From: Vicugna vicugna | Lineage: Eukaryota | DNA length: 64,000 nucleotides | Assembly: GCA_013265495.1 (NCBI GenBank) | Contig: MU058844.1 | Coordinates: forward strand, 13,290,184 to 13,354,183 | Direction: 5' to 3' | In this document: piece after piece, positions 38,613 to 51,485 of the stretch | Layout of the letters: each line of letters starts with the position of its first letter | Numbering within the stretch: position 1 is the stretch's first letter | The notes under the pieces: generated by a model | Told to the model about the DNA's origin: nothing | Seen by the model: the letters and a program-made list of their open reading frames with translations, nothing else | The model's database searches: none | Position numbers and translations under genes: made by a program

Positions 38613-39682
38613 CCTTCCCTGCCTAAAAATCTTTAAAGTGTGTGAATTAAACTAGCAGATCAAGATAAATTACCAGAGTTGCTGGGTGCATTACAGAATT
38701 AAAGTCTTCAGAGCCCCAGCAAGCCTGCTTTTTGGAGCATGCTTTCTTTTTACAGCTGTGAGGAGAGGAATCAGCACACAAGCTATAACTTCATATGACT
38801 AATGGTAACCATGGCGACCACTAAATATTCCTTCTAGACCTTGCATCTGCACAGCTCACTGAAGCAGAGGAAATAAACGTTGCTGCTTTGAAAAATGATA
38901 AAAATAATCTGAACCAGTGACAGGCTTGGAAGGAAAGGAGAGATTTCACATCTGAAGGTCGAGCCATTTCATCTCATTATCTTTCAGGCCTTTGTTCAGT
39001 CTCGGGAGGCATTTGATGCCAACTGAATGGATGGGTCACAGGCCTGAGGGATTTAGCGTGAGACTTCTGAAGTACTTGACTAATTTTTAACGAAGTTTCT
39101 GGGGTTCTGACAATATGTGCTAGGTTGGTGTGATGCCCTGTAAGGTTGAAATGCTGAAAGTGAACATCAGGACACCAAAAGAGGACCCTCAGGCTGCCAG
39201 TAGTTCTTGATGTCATGTCACCTTAGTGGTTTAAGGCTGGAGTGACTAGAAGACTGGCCAAGGTCAGATCACACTCAGAGAGCAGGAACACGGGCCAGAG
39301 AGCCAGGCCTCACGGAGCCTGCAAATTAGACAAAGAGAAAGGCTGACAGGCTGACATCACCTTGGTAAAACATAAGACAGTCACCAGGAAGACTAATGCT
39401 TGTGGTGCAGTCCAGGAGAGTCACCCAGGAAATGCAAATGAGCAGACAGTGGAGGAGGAGGTGGGGTCCGTGAGAAACCAGAGAGCACGTGGCCTGTCTC
39501 AAGAGGGCAGCCTATTGCTGCTATGGGAGGTTGCAGATTCAGAGCTCCCATTTTTCAAGACAGGCTATACATCTGGATTTTTAAAAATATGAAATGTCTT
39601 AATTATTTAATGTTGACATGGTGTGTGCTGCCATTTTTCATCCTCTGAGATTATAGTTACCTTTTGAGAATGAAACTAGGAA

Positions 39683-39750
39683 ATGCAGAAATGGGATTCT
39701 GTATAATGATCTGTACAATAACCATGAGACCATGGACATTCCAAATTCAA
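39683..39750 (+). repeat. 68-bp dispersed direct repeat, copy 1
   Basis: 67/68 identical to 41044-41111. Confidence 0.95.
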
Positions 39751-41043
39751 ACAAGTTGGCTTGAGTCTGTAATGTCAGGGAGGCACAACTGTGTGTGATG
39801 GTCTTGGAAAAAGTTGGCGCTTTGGTAATTACACTGTGCTTAGTTTGGAGAAAGAATATGTCAACAGATAGAAGATGATCTGCATGGTAGGTTTAAAAGG
39901 GTCCAGAATGACACACATTGCAGTCCGTCTCCAGTACCAGAGGTAGGGACCACATTTCCAAGTGGCTTGTCAGTCTTCCCAAAGCCATCTCCCAACAGCT
40001 CCCTTCCCTGCACTGTTTTTCACCTGAATTCCAGTAGACACACTGGCACGAAGAACCCAGCCTTGAGGCGTCCTAGGCTTTAGACTACTCTGGGGTCTGT
40101 ACCTAAGTCATAAACACCTGACTAGGGTGAGGAGTGACGGGACAGAGAGAGCAAGTGGGCAGTCTCAGACAGAGGACAGAAGCCAACATATGTAGAATTG
40201 ACCGCTACCCTAACCACTGTGTTACCTCACTGGGGACTAGTCTGGGCATTGCCTGATGAAACTTAGTGCCTGGGGTTCAACAGGGGTCAGTGGATCTCTT
40301 TACCCTTTTGAAAAGCATGCTTACTTTCTAGCTTACAGAGTTATTATAGGAAAATCTGAAAACTGGGAAAAAAGAAGAACCTGTAATCATACCATGAAGT
40401 AGAGATGAAGAGACAATTCTCAGAAAAAAGAGAGATCAGCCAGTAAAATATTATCTTGTGGGAAATTACTTTGATGTAATGGTGGCCTCCAAGTACCATT
40501 CCAGACAAGTTATTACAGAAGTCATGGAACAGAAAGGCTCACAGACCAAATTAACATGTTGAAATTATGTAGTTCATTGAATCAGTTTAAAACACAGATG
40601 GAGAGACAATCGGAAGAAACAACACACTCAGGGCAGGTATGTGCAGGCAGGAGGACCATGCTACCTGAATCCTGTGCTCCACAGTGTTCATATGTCCCGA
40701 CTCTCTGCCACATCAGCCTTCCTTCCTGGACATGTGGATATGAGGACCGGGGATGAAGGGAAGCAGATGGAAGATGCTCGGAACCAGAACACATTTCTTC
40801 CCTGGGAGGGATGGAAGGGCAGGCATATTGAACAGTATACTGAACACAGCTGCAACTCCCTGATTAGCCTGATGGGCACTTGTGCATTTTCTAAGCAGAG
40901 GATATGTGGGCCAAAATGGGGTTACATCAGGTGTCACCAATGTATGGATGATTTAGGGTTGACGTAGCCATCAATCTGGAAATGGCATTTGTGCCTTACT
41001 AATCTTAAAGGTTACTTGTGCAGCTTTTGAGCTATTGCCTCTC

Positions 41044-41111
41044 ATGCAGAAATGGGATTCTGTATAATGATCTGTACAATAACCATGAGACCATGGACAT
41101 TCTAAATTCAA
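41044..41111 (+). repeat. 68-bp dispersed direct repeat, copy 2
   Basis: 67/68 identical to 39683-39750. Confidence 0.95.
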
Positions 41112-42179
41112 GGTCTGATTTGAATTTCCCCTTAAGAGCTTAAACCAGAACTATTTTAATGGAGGCCTTTAGGTCTGTGAATGCCCCAAACCTGCAAAAC
41201 AAGACAGTAAACAGGTAGAGTGAGGAGTGGAGGACAGAAGTCAAGAGAGGAGCAATACTAAAAGGGCAGATGGAGAAAGGGGGAAGACGTGAAGGGGATG
41301 GAGCAGGAACAGTCAGAGAGCTGGAAGGACCAGGAGAAGATACTGTCCCAGGTGGTCCATAAGTCCTGAAGATGAGAATGTCTCAGTGAGCACACCCATC
41401 TAGCAGGGAGAAGGGGGAGAGCCAGAGCTGGGGTAGCCCCTGCCATTCAGGATGGAACGTAAGGGAGAGAGACTGTCTAATGCAGGGTGCTTCATCCTAT
41501 ACGGGTGGGGAAGAGTGGTGTCAGGCAGGAAACCAAAGTCCTATTTTGGGTTCTCCTCTTTGAAATCACATCGCTCCACAGTGGGGGTTTGTAGCATCCC
41601 ACTACCTGCCCCTTCCTTTCATTCTGCACTTCAAAGGGGTCTGCCTATGTGCACATTCTTTTTCCGAAGTCTAATTCTGACTCAGAAAATTGCTGGTTTC
41701 AACTCTTTTGCCAGATGGCTGAGGAAAGAGCAATTGACTGTTAGTGCTGAATGCCTGTGTTGGAGCCCAGAGCAGCCGATTCCAATTAACATAAGAAGCA
41801 GAACAGGGCTCCTAACAGGCAAGTGTGAAAGATGGGATGATAAAACCTCATCCTGGCTGAGAAAGGAGAACTCGCAGCATCCTCTCTCCTCTCAGACGCC
41901 GGCCACACTGTTGGGTTGAGAGGGGAATGGATTTATGAACAAGAGGGGACTATGAATCAGGACTCCCAGAACAACACCCTGGGTTCCTTTCTGCTTCTCT
42001 GGCAGGGAGTGGTCCTCACAGTCACATGTCAGAAATCTTTGTTATTTGTTTGAGTGGATGAAGTGCAATGTTGTTTTCAATACAACTTCCTGTCTTCCCA
42101 AAGGAGACTTATTTCCTAGAAGTGAGTGGTACTAACCTTTAGTGGGTGATACAGATGAAGAGCTCTTGATTTGTGTACA

Positions 42180-42965
42180 TTTTCTTTTGAAAATGTATCG
42201 TTTTTGGTAAGTAATACATTTAGAGAGGCCAAAATAAAAATGAAATTAAAAGATCTAAATTGACATATTTTGTTCCCACCCCATTTCCATCTGCCCTAAG
42301 TCTTTCTGTCCTTCGTAAGGAATCATTTTAATTATTCCCTTGCTTATTCTCCCAGTACTTCTTTATGCATGTGCAAACGTAAATGTATTTATGTATGTGT
42401 ATTTATATATGTGCATGTATGTGTATATATGTACATTCTTATTTCCCCTTTTTTCCCATAAAAGATGGCGTATTATATATACTAAATTATGCTTTGTTTT
42501 TGGTACTGAATAATTTTTTGGAGATCTTTCCATATTAATACGTAGAGAGCTTCTTCATTCTTTTTTTATTTCTATATCATATTCCACTGCATAGATGTAC
42601 CATAGTTCACTTGACCAGTCTCTAATTTTGGACACTTGGATTGCTTCCATTTTTTCGCTATAACAAACCATTCTCAGTGGATAGTCTTTGATTATATCCT
42701 GCGGTGTATGTGTAAGGTAACTGTAGGACAGAAGCATCCTAGTTCACAAGCATCTGTAGTTTTGGTAGACGTTGCCAGATACCCTTCCATGAAGCTGAAC
42801 ATTTCACACTCCCTCTGGTACAGGCAGAGAGTGCCTGTTTCCTGAAGCTTTGGTAACTGAATGTTGCCAAATTTGGGGGTTTTGTTTGTTTATTTGTTTT
42901 TATTAGTCTGGTAGGTAATGAAACGGTAGCTCAGGGTAGTTTTAATTTGTCTTTCTCTTCTTATT
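42180..42965 (-). mobile_element. Old L1ME-like 3' remnant
   Basis: ggagatctttccatatta...atattccactgcatagatgtaccata...tggacacttggattgcttcca. Confidence 0.75.
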
Positions 42966-43169
42966 CTTTCTTCGGATGATAGAATATTTTTATTTCTCTT
43001 TGTTTTCACGATCTCTCAGAGAACGATTATGACATGATGATGCAGGGAAACCAGATCTTTCCAGGTGCTCCACTCTTGGGCTGTAAGGGCTTCCTAAGAC
43101 CCTGGGCTGTTGGCCGTGTCCTTGTGTGTTAGTTTATTACTTCACGCTTCCTTTTAGTGGTTAGTAATT

Positions 43170-43355
43170 GTACTAATAGCCACCATTTATTGAGTGCTTA
43201 CTATACACCAGGCATGGTCCTAAGCACTCTGTGTATTAGCTCATTTACTCTCCAAAACTAACAAAAACAACTTTATGAAGGAGGGTTGCTCTAATCTCTA
43301 TATTCAGATGTGGAAACTGAGGCCCAGAAAGGTTAGTAACTTGTCACAAAGGCAG
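43170..43355 (-). mobile_element. MIR SINE
   Basis: catttattgagtgcttactatacaccaggca...cagatgtggaaactgaggcccagaaaggttagtaacttg. Confidence 0.88.
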
Positions 43356-43362
43356 TCTGTCC

Positions 43363-43465
43363 TAGGGTGAACAACTGTCCCGTTTTTCCTGGGACCACCT
43401 CAGCTTTAGCACTGAAAACCCCATGGCCCCAGAAAGCCCTCATTCCTGGGACAGTTGGGCACCTG
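43363..43465. mobile_element. MER81-like hAT-Blackjack MITE
   Basis: TIR-like ends tagggtgaacaactgtccc ... gggacagttgggcacct; internal ttagcactgaaa. Confidence 0.8.
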
Positions 43466-44473
43466 GAGTCTTTGCTTACCACTATTAAACTCCTCTTAAG
43501 ACCAAGGGGGTCTGTCTGTGTGCTGGTCATCAGAAGAATGGGGGAGGTGATGATCCGATAGCATCATGTATGAGACTTAATTTGCAGATTCTTAGTTTTA
43601 GTCAATTAGCTGGATGCCAAGGCAACAGGAAAAATGAGAGTGGGGACATCCCCTCAAATCAGGGAGCGGCAGAAATGGCCATAAGGAGCGAGCAATTCAT
43701 GCAACTACTGTCATGAAAAACCCGCGTGGAGATCTAGTTAAAAAGCTAATAATTACCACCACGGTTCGTGAACAATGTTCATGTGTTATCTCAGTTGCTC
43801 CTTGGAGGAGCCCTGTGAGATGGGTACCAGTATCACATCCATATTACCGAGGAGAGGTTAAGAAAGTTCCTGAAGCAAGGTTGATCAAAACCCAAGCTGT
43901 CTGCCTACAAAGCCTGGGCTTTTAAGCATTATCTTTTACCTAAAAACACACACATATTTGATCTCTAACTGGATCCTTAATGACTATCGGCAGGAAAGAC
44001 TCTCAGACAAAGGAAGTCTGAGTCTTTGCGCTAGCAGAGAGGGATGCTGGCGTGTGCTGGAGCAGAGCAGCTCAGCAGCTAAGCGATTAGAAGAAATGCC
44101 TTTGAACGTTTCCAACAGCTCTGGCGAGTATCTGAGGGAACGAGGCCTCGTGTAAACACGCCTATGCTGTGAAGAGCGGCCCAGAAGCTTCTGTTCTCTT
44201 TCTGCCACCTGGAGCCAAGCGGGACCGAGCAAGTCTCACTTCAGCTCTCTGAGTTTAAGCACCTTAAGTATAAAATGGAGATAATTGTTTCTTACTTGCT
44301 TCAAAGAGAATCTTTTGAAGACCCTTCTAGTTCTAAGATTCGTGACTATCCGTATAGTCCTGATTTCTCAAGCTACAAGATCCTTGAGGAAAATCAAGGC
44401 CTCGTCATAGGAAAATGCAAGTGCATTGTCCATATAAATTGATGTAACTCAAGAATGAATTTGGTTAGAGTCC

Positions 44474-45046
44474 TGTGGTAGACAGAATTTCTAAGACGGT
44501 CTCCCAAAGAGGCCCTGTCCCAGTTATGTTGCACAACTGATCTTAAAATAAGGAGGTCATCCTGAATTATCTGGTAGGCCCATTGTAATCACATGAGCCC
44601 TTAAAAGCAAAGTGCTTTCTTTGGCTAGTGGCAGATGAGGCCAAAGAAGGAGAAAGGGTAGTGGGAGAGATTTGAAGCACAAGGACACTGGACACACCAC
44701 TGTCAGCTTTGAGGATGAAGGGATACTTGTGCCAAGGAATGTGGGCAGCCTTTAGGAGCTGAGAACAACCCCTGGTTGACAGCTGGTAAGGGACTGGGGA
44801 CTTCAGTCCTACATGTACAAGGAAGTGAATTCGGCCAGTAGCCTGAATGAGGAAGTGAATTCTTCCCTAGAGCCACCAGATAACCTCCCGGCCTGACCGC
44901 ACTTTGATTTCTGTCTCGAGACCTAACCAGAGAACCAGGGAAGCCCACTTGGATTTCTAACTGGCAGAACTGTGAGATAATAAATGGAGGTTTTTAAGTT
45001 GCTAAATGTGTGGTCTTTGGCTATAGATCAACAGATAACCAGTACG
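44474..45046 (+). mobile_element. ERVL-MaLR solo LTR (MLT1E-like)
   Basis: tgtggtagacagaatt...aatcacatgagcccttaaaagc...agaactgtgagataataaat; 5-bp TSD AGTCC/TGTCC. Confidence 0.88.
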
Positions 45047-45539
45047 TGTCCTCACCCGTGTTTCCTAGAATCCCCACTTTCTAGCCCCCCTTGTGGCCTT
45101 CTGTGCACATCCGAAACTGAGGAATTGTTCTCAGTATCTTTTTTCTCTCTTCACTTCAAGTAGTCACATAGCTCTGGGAGCCTCCGATCATATTACACTT
45201 TTCCCTCAAACTGGCGGGATGCTGCTGCTTCTTGCTGGTGGTCACTGTTTCTGTCCCTCACACTACCCTTGCTGCCCGCCATGGTTTTGCTTACTGACCA
45301 GGTCCTTGGTACCTCAACTTGCCTACTCTCTGACACTGTCCCTTTAAGCCAACTTCTTTCTGACTCCTTCTTAAGTCAAAGCAAACATTCTCTTGAAACT
45401 TAAGGCGTTTTTATCTTTGTTCTGACAGTCTGACCTACTTGTCCTGATTTCCCCCCAAGCAGATCTGTAAATAAGAACCCAGCATCACCCGGCCTGCTTA
45501 TGGGGAGGATCCCACTTTATGCTGTCTGAACACCTGATC

Positions 45540-45700
45540 ATATCACATTCTGCTATCTTTGGCTGTTTGTTATTTGTCTCTTCTATTGGGTTATAATGCC
45601 ATTTAAGGGCAACAGCATATCTTGGTCATTGTTGAAACTTCAGGGCATATCTTGGGGCCTGATATATAGTGAGTACTCAACCAACGCTTGAATGAAAATG
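45540..45700 (+). mobile_element. L2 3' end
   Basis: gggcctgatatatagtgagtactcaaccaacgcttgaatgaa. Confidence 0.6.
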
Positions 45701-46889
45701 AGATATTAACGCATTCCCAGCATGGTCGTTAGGTAATATTTCCCATGGATACGTTTTTGGTATGTGGATTATATCAAAGACTTTTAATGATTTTTCTAAA
45801 AAAGGTCTTTGGTAAAACTAGCAGTATAACCCTTGGGCCCAGTTCATGGAAGTACATATACCAGCATCATAGCTCGCTGTTATGCTGTCTCCAGCACCTG
45901 CTCGGTCAGTATTTCAGGGTCCTATCACCCCAGTAATATTCTGCAGTGCTTTCACAGCTGATGTTGGAAATTTTTTGAGATTGTCTCTGTAAATAACAAA
46001 GTCCTCATAACACACTTCAATGTGTGTTGTGTCTAGTTGGAAAATTCACTGACATTACACAACTTTCTTCTCTTTCTTCGGATTTCTTCCAATACCATCG
46101 GGACTAATGGTACACTCTGTCCCATTTCTCTCTTAAAAAATAAGTTGGAAGGAGCCGAGTTTAGTTTTAACTGCCAAAATTGGTGCCTTGGTGGATAAGC
46201 TTCGCCAATATTATTGATCAGATGAAATTGTTTTTGTAGCCTCAAAAGAATTTAAATTCCATTAGGACCCTGTAGCTTGAGAGTTTTAGCTACAACTTTG
46301 AAATCTCTTAGGCCCTAGGAATAGGCTTAGAGAGTCAAATACTGGTCTTTTTCTTTGTGGGCGCAGGATTTATTTTTTATTTGGGCAAAAAGTTGTTTTT
46401 CAGTCTTTTAAATTCATGCTGTTGTGTGCTGGTTACAGTAAGAGCTTCATTGTTAATTATTATTGGAGGTGATGGAGGTGATGACGGCGATGTAATCTCA
46501 GGAGACCAGGTGGCCATAACAGGTTTTAAGCTTAGTTCCTCATTCTTACTCAACCCAGCATGACTTTCTCCAGGTATTTTCCATGTTATCAAGGTCTTGG
46601 ATTATTAGAGAGAAATGCAAATGCAAAAAGTCTCACCAGAGATTGTAAAGTATCTTAATTCATAAAGTAACTGTTTTGGTGATCCTGAGGCACCATAATT
46701 TATCTGATCAGACACCTCCACTGGAAACAGTTCTGTCAGGTACAATTATTATTTGCATGATTGGTAGCTGAAAGAATTTCTAGGGAATCTTAATACCTTG
46801 CTTTTGAATTATTATCTACTGTGATATGTAAAATGTAATCACTTCAATGTCTGATCTTCTAAAAGGGTGAAGACACAGGGAATATCATT

Positions 46890-47100
46890 CATTTCCTCTT
46901 TCATTTATTTATTTAGTCAGTAAATATTTATTGAGTATCCCCTGTGTGCCAGATACTGCATTAGATGTTGAAAATACAGCTGTAAAGAAAACAAACTATC
47001 ATGGCACTTATATTTAAATCGAGAAGACAGACAATAATTGAAGAAAGCAAGAGATAAGTACTCTTAAGATAAAAAAGACAATATTGTGGAAGAGAGGGAC
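46890..47100 (-). mobile_element. L2 3' end
   Basis: tcagtaaatatttattgagtatcccctgtgtgccagatactg. Confidence 0.75.
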
Positions 47101-49679
47101 TAGTCATCCTTTTTTTTTTTTTAGGTTTCCTATTTTATAAAACATCAAGATGAGGGGGTGGGAGGACAGAATTGTAGAACTTTTGATCTAATATTTATCT
47201 TAGAGATGATCCAATCTAATTTCCTTCACTTTGTACGTGATGCAGTTGAGTCAGAGAAGTTACCTGACTTACCCAGGGTTTCACAGCTAGTTACAGCCAG
47301 CTGTAAGTAGCTAGTGCTCGTCCCTGTGGTTTAGCAGTGAGTGATGCATCTCTTTTAATTTATAAAACCCTAAATCTGGACTTTCATGGTCTCACCCATG
47401 ATCAACACTGAGAGGTCCCAAGTTCCTCAGACTTCAGGGTTCACTGTGTATTTAATACCTAATAACAACTCACAAGCCCTCTTTCCACTCCTGAATTAGC
47501 AAGAAATCCAGCATTTGATAGGCTCTCCTCTCTGTCTGGCTTGGTGTCTTAGGCTTTTCTGTGGGTGGACTCCAGTAGTTTCACAACTGCCTTCCCAGTC
47601 TGCTGGGAATCTCCTCAGTGTTCACACAGTGCATTTTCTACGCACTTCTAAGACCAGGCTATCTCGTTTACAAAACTTTGCCAGTGGTTTGGGGATAACA
47701 GAAGAGAATAACTCTGAAGAAAAGGAATTAGCTCTGAATGTTAGCTATCACTGGAGTCCACAGGTCAAGCCACCCAGAAGAGACCCCTTATTGTTGTTTT
47801 AATCTTTCAACCTTCCTCCAAGCCCCGTCCTGCCACCATATTGCAGGGACCAGTTTCACACACCATGGCCTTTGACCACATCTCTCCTGTCTGGGGTTCA
47901 GGCTTCAAGGTCTTTATTGGCTCTAGAGAGTTAAGAAAGTTCTTTCTTCTCCCAGAGAGGCACTTTAGTCCACATTGATGACACATTTGACCAAATCACA
48001 CAGAGGAGTTTACTCCTTCATCATCTCACATTTTTCCGTTCCAGATTTGAATCTTTTTACGTAGTCAAAATGCTCTAGGTAAGATTTTTTTCCAAGACAA
48101 AAGAGTGTCTCTCCTTGCCCCATGAATGATGCTTCTACTTCCAGCTAAGCTTTAAAAATAGAAAACAAACAGAAAAAAAAAAAACCTGTTGGCAGTTTTG
48201 AAATAACTATCTCACATAACTAACAGTCAGCTACCAAAATTTCAGTCTTCCTGGATTGTTTCTGTACTCCTCCTTATGTAACTTGTAGAAATTCTCCGCT
48301 TCTTCTTGGCTGGTTGCCTTCCATCACCATCTTCAAAACTTGTTTCAAACCCCAACCTTATTTTGGAAGCCTGGTTAACCTCATGTCCTTCTCATCCACA
48401 CTTTATTCTTAGCACTTATATATTCATTTTGTGTGATGCCATTTTGCCATATTTCGTCATTTGTACATGTGTGTTCTCCTCCCAATCAGAACGGACACAA
48501 ACACTTTGAAGACAGTTACTTTGTTTTCAGAACCCCTCACTCCCTGTTTGACAACACTGTCTATTTAGTACTCAACAGTTATAGTCTTGTCAGACTAAAA
48601 TCTCTTGTTTACCCCACACACGCTGCCAGAGGCCTTAGAGTTACTGCATTGGTCTTTACTCTTTTGATAATGTCTTTCATTTCACCTTCCTCCTGAGTTT
48701 GTCCCAAGTTCAGTAGCCACTGCTTGTCATATGGATTTGGGCATGCCATCCAAGTGAAAGTCCCACTCAGGAGCATAGTTTTAATCTCATTTGACATGGG
48801 AAAATTTAATCTTTGGATTTCCTACTGTGATTTCTATTGGAAAAGCCAGTGGGAAAATAGTGGCTGAGATGCTGGAGACTGAACTGAAGCCAGGCTGTCA
48901 CATCAGCACTGGTTTATCCAGGAGGACTGTATGAGCTTTTGTGGAGTGGCAGGATGAGGGGAATGCTGGTGACCTTAACTGGTCAGAGGAAACTGGAATC
49001 AGAGCCTGAGAAGCTGGTGGAGGGGGGTATACAGGCAAAGGGAACACACCTACTGAGGGGTCTTCTTGAGATCAGAAAGATGAGCTAAGGAAGAGAAGTT
49101 GAGAATCCTGGGCCACTATCTGCTTCCAGAACCAACTGTGTCCTGAAAACCTATAACATGTGAGGAGGAGGAGGTGGAGACATGGGATCAAGGAGTGAGG
49201 ACTAAATTTTGCAGGACCACGCTGAGATGTAGAAGTAGCTGAACTCCGAGTCTGTGTTATTTTAAAATTTTAGGTCATTAAAATAAAATAAATAATAAAT
49301 AAAATAAAATAATAATAACACATCTAATAAATGTCATTACTCACCCCTGTGCCTAGTCCCACCCCATCTTCTTTCAATGTTTAATACCATGTGAAAATTC
49401 AGGGAACTTTGATTTTCCAGTGCTGGAATTCATAAATATGCTCAAAAATACTATTTGATTGTTTGGTTACCTGTTACATTTTTTCCTTATAAAAAGGAAG
49501 TATATCTCTGACTAGGAATAAATGAAATTAATTCATGAGAGAAATCTAAGACCCACACGTCTACAGTGGTTTTAATATCAAAGAAAACTACTTCTCTGGG
49601 TGTCAAAACATGTACTATACATAGCTGACGAAATCGACATACAGTGAACAGAATCCAGAGTGGATGTATTTAGAGTAAA

Positions 49680-49892
49680 TATCTTAGGTTCTGACCCCAC
49701 CTCTACTCTTATTAATTTGGTGATCTGAGCAAGTTGCTTAGCCTCTTCAAGTCTTGTTTCCCGGTCTGTTAAATGAGGCTGGTGATAGTAGTATTTATCT
49801 TATACGGGTGTTGAGAGTTTAAAATGAGTCAATATGTGTAAAGCTCATAGAATAATGTCTAGCACACAGGGCCAAATAAATGTTAGCTATTA
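49680..49892 (+). mobile_element. MIR SINE
   Basis: tctgagcaagttgcttagcctct...gtaaagctcatagaataatgtctagcaca...aataaatgttagctattat. Confidence 0.8.
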
Positions 49893-50134
49893 TGATTATA
49901 CTCTTAAAGTCTACTTTTGCATGAGTTCCTGTTTAAGGTGCTTGGAGGTGAAGATTTCATTGTTAATCAATTTTACAAATATTGAAAATTGAATTTTGAT
50001 TTTTTCTTCTGAATATGTGTGTATGTGGTATGTGTATATGTCTTTGTGCATAAGTATGTGGTTATTTTTAAGTGTGTGCTTGTAATTTCCATAATACTCC
50101 ACAATGGATTGAATTTTCTTTTTCAGTAATTCTG

Positions 50135-50201
50135 TTTATAAATTTAAGTACAGTCAATTTACGATGTTGTATTAATTTCTGGTGTACAGCATACTTATTC
50201 A
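50135..50201 (-). mobile_element. Ultra-short L1 3' tip
   Basis: aagtacagtcaatttacgatgttgtattaatttctggtgtacagcata; perfect 18-bp TSD TCTTTTTCAGTAATTCTG at 50117-50134 and 50202-50219. Confidence 0.9.
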
Positions 50202-51109
50202 TCTTTTTCAGTAATTCTGAAAATATTCTACTCATGGGGTTAAGTTCTTTCTCATCTTAACCACCAGAGATAGAATGTAATTCAAATGCAGGAGCAACTT
50301 CAGTGAAGGTGTGCGCCCACAGAGTTCCCTTTATATTAGGGCCAAAGGAACAGTTTAATTTCTCTTTGTTATGTTTCAAATGCATCTCAAGCTGTACTGG
50401 GAATATCACTGTAAAATAAAGGGGCTCTTGCAATTCAGAACCTCCTACACACAGCTAATTAAATAGAATGAGAGGCAAGGAGCAGACAAGAATCAAGCTC
50501 ATAAATATTATATATTTTTATTAATACCATACAAATGATCTTAATTAAACCTGCATTTTCCATGAGTAACAATCTTACACACAGTTTGTTCCCTTGTCCA
50601 GGAGCTGGAAAGAGGGTGGAAGTGTCCTGGAATTTTAATATGAGGCAACTCCCTCTTGTCTTAACAGACTCTCCCTATTCTCTGTTTTGCAGTCTTTCAG
50701 AAAACTGTAGCTTTTCCTAGTTTCTAGGATCCAAATAACCAAATGAAAAGCTTCCTTTTCCTCTGAGCTCAGGAGGAGCCTAGGATCCTAGAGATAAGTT
50801 TTGCCACTAAAAAAGATTTCAAATCAAACCCACATAATCTGAAAAGGACTCAGTTAAGTCTCTGGGTATCATCTATTCTCATTGCCCCATCCATTGTACT
50901 TAAACTTGTGACTGTATATTTTCCTGTGATTATTTTTTAGAAGTCTGTCTCCATCTGTAGACACAAGCTCCTGAGGTTAGGGACTTTATCTTATTCATAT
51001 TCCATTTCCAGTGCTAAGCTGGCCTCTGATCTATGGTTAGTTCTTTGTGATTTGGGGTGTGAGTGTGTGTGTGTGTTAGGGGGAGGCTAAAGCCATGCAT
51101 TTTATAACT

Positions 51110-51485
51110 ACTTCTTCTTTTTCAAATTACAAAGCAATTTATACATAATATAATTTATACTTTAAAGTGTATACTTTCATGTGTTTTGACAAATATGTGG
51201 AGCCATGTAGTTTTTACTGCAATCAAGATAAAGAACAGTTACTTTACTCCCCAAAGTTCCCTCCAACCTTTTTGCAGTCAATTCATTACTTCACTTTTAT
51301 CTTCAACTCCTGGCAACCACCAATTTGTTTTCTGTTTCTATAGTGTTGCCTTTTCTAGAATTTCATATAAATGGCCTCATATACTGGGTAGTCTTTTGTG
51401 TCTGGGTTCTTTCATTAAGCAAAATGCTGTTGAAATCCATCCATGTTGTTTTGTGTATTAGTAATTTGTCCCTTTTTAAAATTGG
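51110..51485 (-). mobile_element. L1MB/MC-like 3' end
   Basis: tttaaagtgtatac...cctggcaaccacca...ttttctagaatttcatataaatgg...atccatccatgttg. Confidence 0.85.

Noticed and set aside
39684..41110. 68-bp repeats as LTRs of a miniature retrotransposon (a TG...CA sub-interval exists)
   Set aside because: No matching TSD (GGAAA vs AGGTC), no primer-binding site after copy 1 and no polypurine tract before copy 2
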